The notes under the pieces are model-generated. The model saw nothing but the letters and a program-made list of their open reading frames with translations, had not been told where the DNA came from and searched no databases. From IMG/VR virus record IMGVR_UViG_3300033145_003233, positions 62,001 to 126,000 of that record: a DNA stretch of 64,000 nucleotides; one strand, written 5' to 3'. A program made the position numbers and the translations under genes. Below, one piece after another: positions 38,466 to 48,002 of this stretch. Position 1 is the first letter of the stretch; every line of letters begins with the position of its first letter.

Positions 38466-38903
38466 ATGATAAAAGTAGGTTTCACAGGTACTCGTCATGG
38501 GATGAACGATACCCAAAAAGAAGAATTCTCAAAAATAATTCATGCCAAAGAATTTTCAGAGTTCCACCACGGAGTCTGTATAGGCTCAGATAAAGAAGCT
38601 CATGATATAGTTACTAAGCTGAAAATAGACAAACTTAAAAATGGAAAGGGTGATATTAAAAGAGTTGGACATCCTCCCAAATTTAAAGGATCTATGGCAG
38701 ATTGTGAATGTGACCTTTTAATGAAGGCTGATGAATATCTAGCAAGGAATCACAATATTGTAAATCACACAGATGTTCTTGTTGCAACTCCTGATACAAA
38801 AGAAAAAATAAGATCAGGTACATGGTCAACCGTTAGATATGCTCGTAAACTGGGAAAGAAAATTTATATCATTCATAAAAATGGGAGGATAACAATAGAA
38901 TGA
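38466..38903 (+). CDS. SLOG superfamily (DprA/Smf-like) protein
   Basis: VGFTGTR, HHGVCIGSD, RNHNIV, RSGTWSTVRYA. Confidence 0.7.
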   Translation: MIKVGFTGTRHGMNDTQKEEFSKIIHAKEFSEFHHGVCIGSDKEAHDIVTKLKIDKLKNGKGDIKRVGHPPKFKGSMADCECDLLMKADEYLARNHNIVNHTDVLVATPDTKEKIRSGTWSTVRYARKLGKKIYIIHKNGRITIE

Positions 38904-39268
38904 AAAAGCAACGTGTAGAGATTAGACCAGGAGATTGGTTTTGGATATACTGCGAAAACGGCGAATATGGGACTGTGCATTTTGATGAACCACAAAAAAT
39001 TGCTAAAGTAAAGGGTAAATTTTTTCAAATTGTAAATTACGACAGACAATATGATAAAGGTGAAAAGTACACGATATCTAATTACAAGTTCACTAGAGTC
39101 TCTAAAAAGAAATGCGATGAAAAAATAGAACTTATAGCAAAAATAGATGAAGCAGAAAAACTCATCGCTAGGCTGATAACGGAGATAGTCAAAAAAATAG
39201 AAAATATTGATGATGACATTGATGTTAGCTATCATGATGGCAAATATGCAAGTCAGAAATATATCTAA
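38900..39268 (+). CDS. Hypothetical protein
   Basis: 122 aa ORF, ATGA overlap. Confidence 0.6.
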   Translation: MKKQRVEIRPGDWFWIYCENGEYGTVHFDEPQKIAKVKGKFFQIVNYDRQYDKGEKYTISNYKFTRVSKKKCDEKIELIAKIDEAEKLIARLITEIVKKIENIDDDIDVSYHDGKYASQKYI

Positions 39269-39286
39269 TAACAAGGAAAAAATAAC

Positions 39287-40129
39287 ATGAATATCAAGAA
39301 AATAATTATATTATTAATTATCTTATCAATAAATATTAACCTATTAGGTTGCTTGCCCACCAAGCAAAGACTCACCAGACGAAGACCTGTCAAACCAATA
39401 CCCACCAAACTAAGACTTGCTAAACCAAGACCCACTAGGCGAATTCTCCTCAAACCGATGCCCCTTTTTTATATTATGCCTCCTTTAACTACCGGAAACA
39501 TCTTTTTCAATATCAATGAATATTATGTATGGGCAATTGCTAATGATCAGTTTAATATCCCTGTAGGATTTATACCTACAGAAGTAAATTTAATATTAAA
39601 TGGAATATCTCATGTCTTAGATGATCCTGATTGTCAATTAGATATCTATTTAATTGATAATCCCTTAGTTTCTGAGGTTGGGAATTCTTTTACAACAAAT
39701 GATGGAGATGTTATAGATAACATAGAAAATTCTTCTCATCCTGCAAGAAGAGAGATTATTCCTCTAAAACCCACATTAATTTATTCATATACTGACAATG
39801 CTCCAGGTTTGGAAAATATATCTTTTAATATTAATCAAACAAATGATCCTAATTCATGGTTCTTCAATAACTCTACTATTTCTGGGCCAATTGATATGCA
39901 ATTATCAGATTCCTCTACTACTACTATGAATTCAAAATTATTAGAATTTATAGATTTTGCTGGATCCGGAGAAAGCCTTGGATTGCTTTTTGACCCAGAA
40001 GGAGTAAATAGTTTCACAATCAATGAATTATCAATAGAGATAAAAATAGAAACATATGTCGGAGAATATACATCTATAACACAACGTATTTCAGCATGGC
40101 CTGACAATAATCCACCATTTACTTTCTAG
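39287..40129 (+). CDS. Putative lipoprotein
   Basis: Hydrophobic leader ending in LLGC, followed by an Arg/Lys/Pro-rich stretch. Confidence 0.55.
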   Translation: MNIKKIIILLIILSININLLGCLPTKQRLTRRRPVKPIPTKLRLAKPRPTRRILLKPMPLFYIMPPLTTGNIFFNINEYYVWAIANDQFNIPVGFIPTEVNLILNGISHVLDDPDCQLDIYLIDNPLVSEVGNSFTTNDGDVIDNIENSSHPARREIIPLKPTLIYSYTDNAPGLENISFNINQTNDPNSWFFNNSTISGPIDMQLSDSSTTTMNSKLLEFIDFAGSGESLGLLFDPEGVNSFTINELSIEIKIETYVGEYTSITQRISAWPDNNPPFTF

Positions 40130-40196
40130 AGAAGGAAACATCCGAAATTTGTTAAATAGTATATAAAACAATTCTATTTAATAAAAGGGGATCAAC

Positions 40197-40469
40197 ATGA
40201 GAATGGATGAAAATAATACTATTTGTTGCCCATGGTGTGATGAATGGCAACATTTAGATGCTCTTAATAAAGATGATTCATTACACCGATGGACAACATT
40301 AGAATGTGAAGATTGCCACAAACTATATAGAGCATCTACATATAGAGATCTCACTTATTATTGGGAAATTGAAAAATATGAAAAACAAGAAGAACCTAAA
40401 ATAAAAGTAGAGGACGTCCCTGGGCAATTATTTTTTTGGAAGAACCTTATTCTCAGAGGGGTCACTTAA
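40197..40469 (+). CDS. Small Zn-finger protein
   Basis: CPWC...CEDC. Confidence 0.6.
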   Translation: MRMDENNTICCPWCDEWQHLDALNKDDSLHRWTTLECEDCHKLYRASTYRDLTYYWEIEKYEKQEEPKIKVEDVPGQLFFWKNLILRGVT

Positions 40470-41449
40470 TAGCTCTTTAGTTTTTCCACAAATGCTAATT
40501 TAATAAAAGGTTGCTCTTCATCTTGTTTAAGATAATAAGTTACAAGATATAAGCTTTCATTAAACTTCGCCATGCCAGTATATCCAAAATTATATTGATT
40601 TTTAGGATATTCCCAATCTATAGGAGAATTATCTATTATCTCTCCGCTATCTAAATCATGATTAAAAATAGATACCTGACAAGAATCTGTTTGTCTATAT
40701 GCCCCTATCACATTTTTGCCTTCCCTATTGGCAGTAACCCTTTGCCCAAAAAGTGGAAGTTCAACTGGATTAGACCATGAAATGCCGTCCCTAGAAGAAA
40801 CATAATAAATAGGTCTTTTATGCTTACTATTGTCTCTTAAATATGCTACTAAAAATTCACCCATATTTACGATAGATGCTTCACAATATTGATGTTCTAA
40901 GTCATGAGCTATGATATTTGTATCAAACCATGTCGCTCCGTTGTCCCTAGACCATGTTACAAGTTGGACCAAATCATTCTTAATAGATTTTATTTTATGA
41001 TTAGCACAAAATAATTTATCTTTAAATTTAATAACTCTATCAGGAAGCATACCTGGAATATTTGTAAGATATTTATGGAAAAATTTATATTTATATTTGG
41101 GTTTTATTATAAAAGTTTCGAATTTAGCTTTTCTTTCAATTACACCATCTTTTGTATCACAGACAATACTAGGAAGAGTATTATTATCTAAATAAGAAAA
41201 TCTTGGACAATTCCATACTTTTCCATCTCTTTCTAAGCTTAAAGGAAAAGATTTTATTTCTTTCCATGTTCTGCCCCTATTCTTTGATACCATTAGATGA
41301 AGATATGACCATGTAGGATGATGAGCATTGCCTGACCTATATATAAGAAAGAATTGATTAGGATTATCCTTGCTTTGAATAATATCTGGGAATGATAAAT
41401 AGCTCTCATTATCTTTTGCCACTATTACTGAATTTTTAACTTTAAACAT
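40466..41449 (-). CDS. Sialidase-family (BNR/Asp-box) beta-propeller protein
   Basis: Asp boxes SKNRGRTW, SRDNGATW, SRDGISW. Confidence 0.8.
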   Translation of the reverse strand: MFKVKNSVIVAKDNESYLSFPDIIQSKDNPNQFFLIYRSGNAHHPTWSYLHLMVSKNRGRTWKEIKSFPLSLERDGKVWNCPRFSYLDNNTLPSIVCDTKDGVIERKAKFETFIIKPKYKYKFFHKYLTNIPGMLPDRVIKFKDKLFCANHKIKSIKNDLVQLVTWSRDNGATWFDTNIIAHDLEHQYCEASIVNMGEFLVAYLRDNSKHKRPIYYVSSRDGISWSNPVELPLFGQRVTANREGKNVIGAYRQTDSCQVSIFNHDLDSGEIIDNSPIDWEYPKNQYNFGYTGMAKFNESLYLVTYYLKQDEEQPFIKLAFVEKLKSY

Positions 41450-41687
41450 TATCTACCTCGTTTTCCTCTTCTTTATAATATGTTTCCTGATTATAAAATC
41501 TATCAAAATCCCTTAATTTGTCATTATAACTTTTATCCTCATTTGGTTCTTTTGTCTTGTCCTTCTTATCTATCATCTTTATTTTCTTTTCACTACACCT
41601 ATGTAATGGAACCCCCTTCTCTATCTTATCGTCACAAATGGGGCAAAATCTATCTTCTGGCTCAGTTAAATCATTATTTTCTTCCAT
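41442..41687 (-). CDS. Hypothetical protein
   Basis: 81 aa ORF with CPIC. Confidence 0.55.
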   Translation of the reverse strand: MEENNDLTEPEDRFCPICDDKIEKGVPLHRCSEKKIKMIDKKDKTKEPNEDKSYNDKLRDFDRFYNQETYYKEEENEVDNV

Positions 41688-41694
41688 ATATATA

Positions 41695-42417
41695 TTATCG
41701 GATTTTGTTGATTATTTCTTCTTGATCTTTAAGATATTTAATACTTTTCTCCCATATCTCAAAATCCATAATAAGGGCAATAGCTATTTTGTTGTGTAAA
41801 TCCGTATCTGGGTCTATTATTTGTGAGGCCATAATTCTAATAGATGATTCCATAACTATTGGGAGATCATGGTCCCAAGCCACTTGAAGCTCATTTAGCA
41901 ATCCATGGAGTTCAGATAAAACAAGATCGTGAGGATTAAGACATTTGCAATGTATTTTTTGACAATTGTAATGTCCTATCTCATGCGCATAAACAACCAT
42001 TATTTGTCTTGGGGCCAATGCTTCATTAATAAAAATAAATTCGTTAGGCCAACCTTTTACCCCATGATTAATAACATACATTCCGAGTATGTTTATATCT
42101 TCTACAGAAGATACTTTTAATCCTATAGAATTAGGATCATCGAGAAAATAATAAAGAAAATCAAAGGCAAACTCATTCATGCTCATAACAAAAACGGGAA
42201 TAGGGGAAGAACTTAATATCTCATCATATTTCTCCATCCTGACAGCATAATCTATTTGTAGATTATTAGGGTCCATGCCAGAGAAAGAGAAGGAAGGCAC
42301 TTCCCACTCAGTTATAGATAAGGTTTGAAGAGGGGAACAAGAAGAAAATAAGAACAACGAGATAAGAATTAAGAATGTAGCTGCTTTTCTACTCCACATT
42401 TGTAAAAAAGTGTTCAT
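41695..42417 (-). CDS. Putative lipoprotein with HExxH Zn-metallopeptidase motif
   Basis: Leader ending in FSSC; VYAHEIGH. Confidence 0.55.
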   Translation of the reverse strand: MNTFLQMWSRKAATFLILISLFLFSSCSPLQTLSITEWEVPSFSFSGMDPNNLQIDYAVRMEKYDEILSSSPIPVFVMSMNEFAFDFLYYFLDDPNSIGLKVSSVEDINILGMYVINHGVKGWPNEFIFINEALAPRQIMVVYAHEIGHYNCQKIHCKCLNPHDLVLSELHGLLNELQVAWDHDLPIVMESSIRIMASQIIDPDTDLHNKIAIALIMDFEIWEKSIKYLKDQEEIINKIR

Positions 42418-42458
42418 ATACTTTAATACAAGAGAGAAAGATAAAAACCTCTATTATT

Positions 42459-43091
42459 TTACGCCTCGGCAGGAGTGATAGGAGAGACAATGAGGTAATA
42501 ATTATTTTCTACTCTCCCAGCGGTAAGGGGTTGACCACCTATTCGAACAGTCATAAATTCTGCTACATCGTCCATGGAATATTCACTATTATTTAGAATT
42601 AGTTCATTCTGACTTCCTTGTGCCATTTGAATTCCCATAAACATCACAACATTTTCTGCATTCCCAGTTAATCCTGTTTTAACGATATTAAAATAATATC
42701 TGTTATCTTTTTTACTAGCTGATAATCTATTACCCTTTAATACAAATGTTTTATCACTAGGAGCAGTTGGAATAACTATCCCCTCACTATTACTAGGATT
42801 GAGGTTCTCTATCTCTGGATCTTGCTCATTGTTATTTTCTATGGTATCTAAAGCCCAGAATGAAGTAATTTGATTTAGAGCGAAAGATGGTTCTGCATCA
42901 GGATCTAAGAAAAAAGAGATCGATAATGGTATCCCACCTAAAAATAATTCCCTGTTATAATCAAGAGTAGTTTGATTCCAATTAGAAGAATTGGCATAAG
43001 ATGCTAGAATAGTTGATGCAGAATTATTCCAATGACGGTTGTTTACAACAGCTATCCTTGCCCCTCCTATTGTGGCGTATTCTATCTCCAT
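42459..43091 (-). CDS. Hypothetical protein
   Basis: 210 aa ORF; TATAAATA upstream. Confidence 0.6.
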   Translation of the reverse strand: MEIEYATIGGARIAVVNNRHWNNSASTILASYANSSNWNQTTLDYNRELFLGGIPLSISFFLDPDAEPSFALNQITSFWALDTIENNNEQDPEIENLNPSNSEGIVIPTAPSDKTFVLKGNRLSASKKDNRYYFNIVKTGLTGNAENVVMFMGIQMAQGSQNELILNNSEYSMDDVAEFMTVRIGGQPLTAGRVENNYYLIVSPITPAEA

Positions 43092-43132
43092 AGTTATTTA
43101 TATTCTTAATTGTAATCCTAAATCCTTTTAAT

Positions 43133-43164
43133 AAAAAACCCGACTAAGAATTACCTTAGCCGGG
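43133..43164 (-). terminator. Intrinsic terminator
   Basis: CCCGGCTAAG/CTTAGTCGGG stem followed by T6 on the minus strand. Confidence 0.65.
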
Positions 43165-43196
43165 ATGATCACAAAAATATCTTTAACATAAAACAG

Positions 43197-43415
43197 TTAA
43201 ATCATGTTTTGTTTTTCCTTATTTTGTTCTTTAAGATGTTTTGCCACGGCCCTGGATTCTGAAATCTTGCGAGTAGCAGTTGATTTCTTAGTGGGGTTAA
43301 TATGGAGAGAACCACAAGAACTACAACGGCACGCAGACCTACGCCCCCTATCTCTAGCTGATACCCAAGTAAAAGCTCCACACTCATCACAAACGTATTT
43401 AAACCGACCTCTCAT
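43197..43415 (-). CDS. Zn-ribbon protein
   Basis: CDEC...CSSC. Confidence 0.6.
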   Translation of the reverse strand: MRGRFKYVCDECGAFTWVSARDRGRRSACRCSSCGSLHINPTKKSTATRKISESRAVAKHLKEQNKEKQNMI

Positions 43416-43433
43416 GTTACATATTCCCTTTTT

Positions 43434-43468
43434 ATTATATTGTATCAGAAAATTAATTGTCTGGAAAA
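43434..43468 (-). promoter_or_regulatory. Putative phage promoter class TTTTCCAGACA-N18-TATAAT
   Basis: CAGACA at 43463-43458, 18-nt spacer, TATAAT at 43439-43434. Confidence 0.6.
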
Positions 43469-43473
43469 ATAAA

Positions 43474-43692
43474 CTAAGTATTCTTACTTTTTCTTATTCC
43501 ATAATCTTTTCTACAAACAGGGCAAAAGGCTTTATTGCCGGGCCTGAACAGCCACCCAGCTGCTTGATAATCTTTTTTATATTCTGCTGCGCTCGTATAT
43601 GGGGAATCTCCTTGACATGCTTCTCGACCGTAAAATTCGCAATCTGGAGAGCCTCCATTACAATAAAGATATATTACTCTGCTAAATCCCAT
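43474..43692 (-). CDS. Small Cys-rich hypothetical protein
   Basis: 72 aa ORF with CPVC. Confidence 0.55.
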   Translation of the reverse strand: MGFSRVIYLYCNGGSPDCEFYGREACQGDSPYTSAAEYKKDYQAAGWLFRPGNKAFCPVCRKDYGIRKSKNT

Positions 43693-44170
43693 TTTTTTGC
43701 TTCGTCCTTCTTATTACTTCATTTCTTACAGTGTTAAAAAGAGGACTAGAACAGCCACAATCAAACATCGGCCATGTCTCATCTTTTTCAAATTCTTTAA
43801 TTTCTTTATAGATTAAACATTTGTATGTTCCTAATTCTGAATCATCAACCATTAAAAATCTGCAATGTTCTTCTATAGTTTCCCCATAAGAGCAGGGACC
43901 TACTTTGCAACAATATCCACACCGGATGCACGAAGAAATCATATCTTGATTTTCAATAACTTGTTTCATTGATTCTACTATCCCTTTCTTATGAGGAAGA
44001 ACACAACTGCTACAATCCCATATTTTATCTTTAAGCCATGTTCCTAACTCTTCATCCTTACAAGGGTATAAGGGGCAATAACAATAGGTGCAATCTTCTA
44101 ATCCTTCATGACAAGGAAAATGAGGGCAATTTTCTTTAATTATTTTTAAAATCCCTCTTTTTTTGATTCT
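43682..44170 (-). CDS. Cys-rich small domain plus CxxCxxCC (YkgJ-like) domain; start uncertain
   Basis: The frame stays open upstream of the tracked ATG (43969): CPHFPCHEGLEDCTYCYCPLYPC...WDCSSC, then CIRCGYCC; no ATG/GTG/TTG precedes the first domain. Confidence 0.5.
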   Translation of the reverse strand, partial: RIKKRGILKIIKENCPHFPCHEGLEDCTYCYCPLYPCKDEELGTWLKDKIWDCSSCVLPHKKGIVESMKQVIENQDMISSCIRCGYCCKVGPCSYGETIEEHCRFLMVDDSELGTYKCLIYKEIKEFEKDETWPMFDCGCSSPLFNTVRNEVIRRTKQKNGI

Positions 44171-44400
44171 TCATTCTTTTCATATTCGTGAATACATTGA
44201 GAAATTGCATCGTGCTTACAACAAGCAGTATAATGCCCTTGAAAATCAAAAAACATAGGTAAATCTACAAACCATTTACCTATCCCTTGATCTCTATAAA
44301 CAGAGATATCTTTCAAAAGCATTTTATGTTCTTCTCTATCCCTTTTACACATTGTCATACAAAAACTATGCATTATTTTTTCCCTGAATGAGCTGGGCAC
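44146..44400 (-). CDS. Hypothetical protein
   Basis: 84 aa ORF. Confidence 0.5.
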   Translation of the reverse strand: MPSSFREKIMHSFCMTMCKRDREEHKMLLKDISVYRDQGIGKWFVDLPMFFDFQGHYTACCKHDAISQCIHEYEKNEESKKEGF

Positions 44401-44579
44401 ATAACTACTTTTTTATCAACTATCTGCCAACCATCTTTTCTAGCTTTTCTTTTACATTGCCCTAAAGTATCTCCGTAAAAAGTGGCATCTGTTTGACATT
44501 TTATAATACGAGAAAATATTCCTGTTCCCGTATGATCACATGTTATTCTAAGTTCATAAATACTTTTACAAATAGCCAT
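44373..44579 (-). CDS. Hypothetical protein
   Basis: 68 aa ORF ending in CPAH. Confidence 0.55.
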   Translation of the reverse strand: MAICKSIYELRITCDHTGTGIFSRIIKCQTDATFYGDTLGQCKRKARKDGWQIVDKKVVMCPAHSGKK

Positions 44580-44690
44580 TATGCACTCGTAATTCTCGCA
44601 AGATTGTTTTTCAACTTCACATCTGCTCCTTCTTCAGCAGCTTTAATCAGAGCAAGGATTTTTTCTTTCGATGCCATTTTATTATCCTTT

Positions 44691-45062
44691 TTAGAAATTA
44701 ACCGATTTAAGGAACAAATAAAGAAGTGTCGGCACTATACAATAACCTATAGTCCCACCTATTATACTACTTACACTACGATCTCCTTCGAAAGCATTAA
44801 ATAAGATGAGACCACCGAATGCACCAATCGTAAGCCATGCATAAGAAGATATTAATCTAACAGTATTATATATAATATTAACTAATAATTTTAAAATAAA
44901 TTTAATAAGATATGCCCAATTACAAAAAATCCAAGAAACTATTCCTGCTAAAATGCATAAAATCCATGTAACTATTCCTACTAGAATATATACAAGAAAC
45001 ATCCATAATAAGAATACAACAAAAACATAGCACATATTCATTATTATTTGTAAAATTTCCAT
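44691..45062 (-). CDS. Membrane protein
   Basis: Three to four hydrophobic segments. Confidence 0.55.
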   Translation of the reverse strand: MEILQIIMNMCYVFVVFLLWMFLVYILVGIVTWILCILAGIVSWIFCNWAYLIKFILKLLVNIIYNTVRLISSYAWLTIGAFGGLILFNAFEGDRSVSSIIGGTIGYCIVPTLLYLFLKSVNF

Positions 45063-45085
45063 TTTCTTTTCTTCTAAAATTATAT

Positions 45086-46333
45086 TTTAAGAGCTATTTT
45101 TATTATTCTTTTATAAATTAATATTTTCTTAAAGGTTTTTCTTATATATTCCGATAATATACATATATGAAACTAATTCGTACAATTAAACTTAAATTAA
45201 ATATACCTGAATCAGAGATATTACCTACTATTCAGGCATATACAAAAGCATATAATCTTGTATGCCAACAAGGTTGGCAAGATAGTGATTATAATGCTAT
45301 ATCTTTACACCACAAGACCTATAAAACCGTTAGAGAACAATTTAACCTTCCTTCTCAACTTGCTATTTCAGCTAAGACAAAGGCAACTGAAAGCCTTAAA
45401 TCCGTTAGAGCTAAAATTATTAAAAAGAAAAAGGCTACTCAACCATTCTCTAAACAGTGTTCTATTAGATACGACAAAAACTCTATTACTATCTGGTTCG
45501 ACAAAGAAAAGATTTCTCTTCTTACTATAAATGGTAGAAAAAAATTCTCTATTCAAGTTCCAGACTATTTTAAACAATATATTACTTGGAGAAAATGTTC
45601 TGCTGACCTCTTTATTAGAAACCATGTTGTTTTTCTTAATATAGTAGTTTCTACAGAAAAAACAGATATTCCTAAAATAGATACTTATGTAGGAATAGAT
45701 CGTGGTATTAAAAAAATAGCAGTAACATCTGAAAAACAATTCTTTAGTGGTTCTAAAATCAAACAAATTACAGATAAATACGAAAGATTTAAAAGCAAAC
45801 TGCAAAGTAAAGGAACTAAATCTGCAAAAAGACACCTTAAAAAACTTTCTAAAAAGGTTAACCGTTATCGCAGAGATGTTAATCATTGCATTGCTAAGCA
45901 AGTTGTTCAATCTGTGGCCCCAGGAAGCACTATCATTCTTGAAAAGTTGACGGGTATTCGTCAAAACGTTAGGTTGAGAAAAAAACAGAGAACAGAACTT
46001 CACAAATGGAACTTTTATCAGTTTGAACAGTTTCTGAAGTATAAAGCAGAAGAAAAGGGTACTCAGGTAGAATATGTCTCTGCCAGATATACTTCTCAAA
46101 AATGTAGTAAATGTGGTCATGTTTCTCGTTCTAATCGTAAAAACCAATCTCAATTTAAATGTACTCAATGTTCTTATCAATTAAATGCAGACTTAAATGC
46201 TGCTTTTAATATAAAACAAAATTATTTGGATAGTATATCTTACCCAAGTAGGGCTGATGTCAATCAGCCTATTGTAGCATCGTCATAATGACGATAGCTA
46301 TAAGCTTCTACCTTTATGGTAGAGACAATTGAT
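45086..46333 (+). mobile_element. Solo tnpB (IS1341-type, IS200/IS605 superfamily) element; left boundary uncertain
   Basis: tnpB with no tnpA nearby; right-end hairpins ending at CAATTGAT (46326-46333). Confidence 0.65.
45167..46288 (+). CDS. tnpB: RNA-guided endonuclease TnpB
   Basis: RTIKLKL; RuvC-I VGIDRGI; RuvC-II IILEKL; YTSQKCSKCGH...CTQC Zn finger; RuvC-III NADLNAAFNI. Confidence 0.92.
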   Translation: MKLIRTIKLKLNIPESEILPTIQAYTKAYNLVCQQGWQDSDYNAISLHHKTYKTVREQFNLPSQLAISAKTKATESLKSVRAKIIKKKKATQPFSKQCSIRYDKNSITIWFDKEKISLLTINGRKKFSIQVPDYFKQYITWRKCSADLFIRNHVVFLNIVVSTEKTDIPKIDTYVGIDRGIKKIAVTSEKQFFSGSKIKQITDKYERFKSKLQSKGTKSAKRHLKKLSKKVNRYRRDVNHCIAKQVVQSVAPGSTIILEKLTGIRQNVRLRKKQRTELHKWNFYQFEQFLKYKAEEKGTQVEYVSARYTSQKCSKCGHVSRSNRKNQSQFKCTQCSYQLNADLNAAFNIKQNYLDSISYPSRADVNQPIVASS

Positions 46334-46352
46334 CTACCTTAGATATAGCCGC
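46240..46352 (+). ncRNA. 3' part of the TnpB omegaRNA/reRNA plus putative guide
   Basis: Hairpins GGCTGAT-GTCA-ATCAGCC, ATCGTCAT/TGACGAT and TCTACC-TTTAT-GGTAGA, then TTGAT; the 5' boundary lies further upstream and is not resolved. Confidence 0.55.
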
Positions 46353-46781
46353 TACCGCTAATCTATCACATTCTTCATTTTCGGGATGTCCAGCATGACC
46401 TTTAATCCATTGTATTGTAATCGTATGTTTATCTATTAGCAAGATAAATCTCTTCCACAGGTCTATATTTTTAACTTTTTTCTTTCCACTGGTTTTCCAC
46501 CCATTATTTTCCCAATTTTCTAGCCATCCCTTATTGATAGCATTGGCCACATATTGAGAATCTGTAAAAATCTCAATAGTAAGACCTTCTTTCCATTCAG
46601 TCATATGTTCTAATGGAGCTATAACTCCAAGCAATTCCATCCTGTTATTGGTGGTTAGCTTATACCCTCTCTTGAAAGTTATCCTGTTTTTAGGAGAAAA
46701 AAAGGAGATAGATCCATATCCACCTGGCCCAGGATTACCTGAGCAAGCTCCATCAGAATATAATTTCATATTATCACTCAT
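46314..46781 (-). CDS. rnhA: Ribonuclease HI
   Basis: LYSDGACSGNPGPGGYG, TNNRMEL, TDSQYV, WIKGHAGHPENEECDRLA. Confidence 0.95.
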   Translation of the reverse strand: MSDNMKLYSDGACSGNPGPGGYGSISFFSPKNRITFKRGYKLTTNNRMELLGVIAPLEHMTEWKEGLTIEIFTDSQYVANAINKGWLENWENNGWKTSGKKKVKNIDLWKRFILLIDKHTITIQWIKGHAGHPENEECDRLAVAAISKVDQLSLP

Positions 46782-47230
46782 TCTATATGTCCTTCTCTCT
46801 TTCCCCATTCTAGCCATGCATGTTGAATTAAACGAATTTTGCCACGCATACATTCAGTAATAGGAATATCTTTTTCTTCCACCAGGTATTTTAATAAGCT
46901 AAATATCATACTATCTTCGACCTGCATCCTCTTTAAAATCCATGGGATAGCTTTTTTACCCATCAAAATTATTTTAACATAAGAAGGATGATCCTTTGCC
47001 TCAAAAGATAGAACCATCGTCTCTCTTATATATTTATCAGCTAGAGCATTAAAATATGCTTCTTCGTCATTATACCCTCTATGCCCTACACCAGAACAAG
47101 AACGACAGGATTCATCAGGATGAGATTTGTTAAACTCATCTAAAAACTCATCAGGGCATTTTATATATTCTCTATAGGCGTTAGAAGGAGTTCTTCCATC
47201 TCCATCGCATTTCACACAAGTTGTAATCAT
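46778..47230 (-). CDS. Hypothetical protein with CxxCxGxG motifs
   Basis: CVKCDGDG, CRSCSGVG. Confidence 0.6.
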   Translation of the reverse strand: MITTCVKCDGDGRTPSNAYREYIKCPDEFLDEFNKSHPDESCRSCSGVGHRGYNDEEAYFNALADKYIRETMVLSFEAKDHPSYVKIILMGKKAIPWILKRMQVEDSMIFSLLKYLVEEKDIPITECMRGKIRLIQHAWLEWGKREGHIE

Positions 47231-47243
47231 AAAAATCTCGTTT

Positions 47244-47519
47244 CTAATAATGCAGCAATTTGGTTCTATGGTCCCAATATGCTACAATCTGACCATCCGT
47301 ATTAAGCCACATTGAATCATACTTCTTAATTTGATCGTAGATGTCTAATTTAATATGACCCTTTCTTGTAAGAAAGACCTCTGTTAAAAATCCGAGATGA
47401 AGGTTTGAAAAAATAGCTTGCGCTTTTTCATCAAACTTAGTATCATCAAGCATGTGGGCAGTTCTTGTAAAACTCTTAACATCTATATCTACTTTTTCTC
47501 TTTGCATTGTTTTTAACAT
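47244..47519 (-). CDS. Hypothetical protein
   Basis: 91 aa ORF. Confidence 0.55.
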   Translation of the reverse strand: MLKTMQREKVDIDVKSFTRTAHMLDDTKFDEKAQAIFSNLHLGFLTEVFLTRKGHIKLDIYDQIKKYDSMWLNTDGQIVAYWDHRTKLLHY

Positions 47520-47535
47520 TTACCAATCCCTTTCA

Positions 47536-47991
47536 TTAACAAACATTTAGTACTGACCATAATCCGAATGTTTTCTCATCCCAAAATCCAAGAGGTTCCA
47601 ACTTGTTCTTCATTTCTATTTTTAGAGCATCGATGTCTTCTGGTATTTTAATCATATTCTCATCATGCTCATCAATATGATGATCATCTTTTACAACCTC
47701 AATAGCCACATAAGTTCCTGATGGGCCATAATCTGAACCATGATAAAGAACAGCATAACCACATAAACTATGACCAATAGGAAATTCTTCCCAATCATTT
47801 TCTTCTGTGTTGAATTGAGGAATAGGAACCTCTTCGAAATTCCAAATTCTTTTTCCACATGTGCCGCAGAAATTTTCTTTATCTATATCCTTTATTATAT
47901 GCCCGCAAGACCTTGATTTTTTTGTGGTCCTAAGTTTGGAGTCATCTATTTTTACTCCAATAAAAGCATAAGATGAATAGGTAATACTCAC
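47536..47991 (-). CDS. Hypothetical protein
   Basis: 151 aa ORF with GGAG SD. Confidence 0.6.
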   Translation of the reverse strand: MSITYSSYAFIGVKIDDSKLRTTKKSRSCGHIIKDIDKENFCGTCGKRIWNFEEVPIPQFNTEENDWEEFPIGHSLCGYAVLYHGSDYGPSGTYVAIEVVKDDHHIDEHDENMIKIPEDIDALKIEMKNKLEPLGFWDEKTFGLWSVLNVC

Positions 47992-48002
47992 TGGGCATCT
48001 CC

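Noticed and set aside
45258-46180. Overlapping ORFs within tnpB, including a 270-aa antisense ORF
   Set aside because: Shadow frames of a genuine gene; no motifs.
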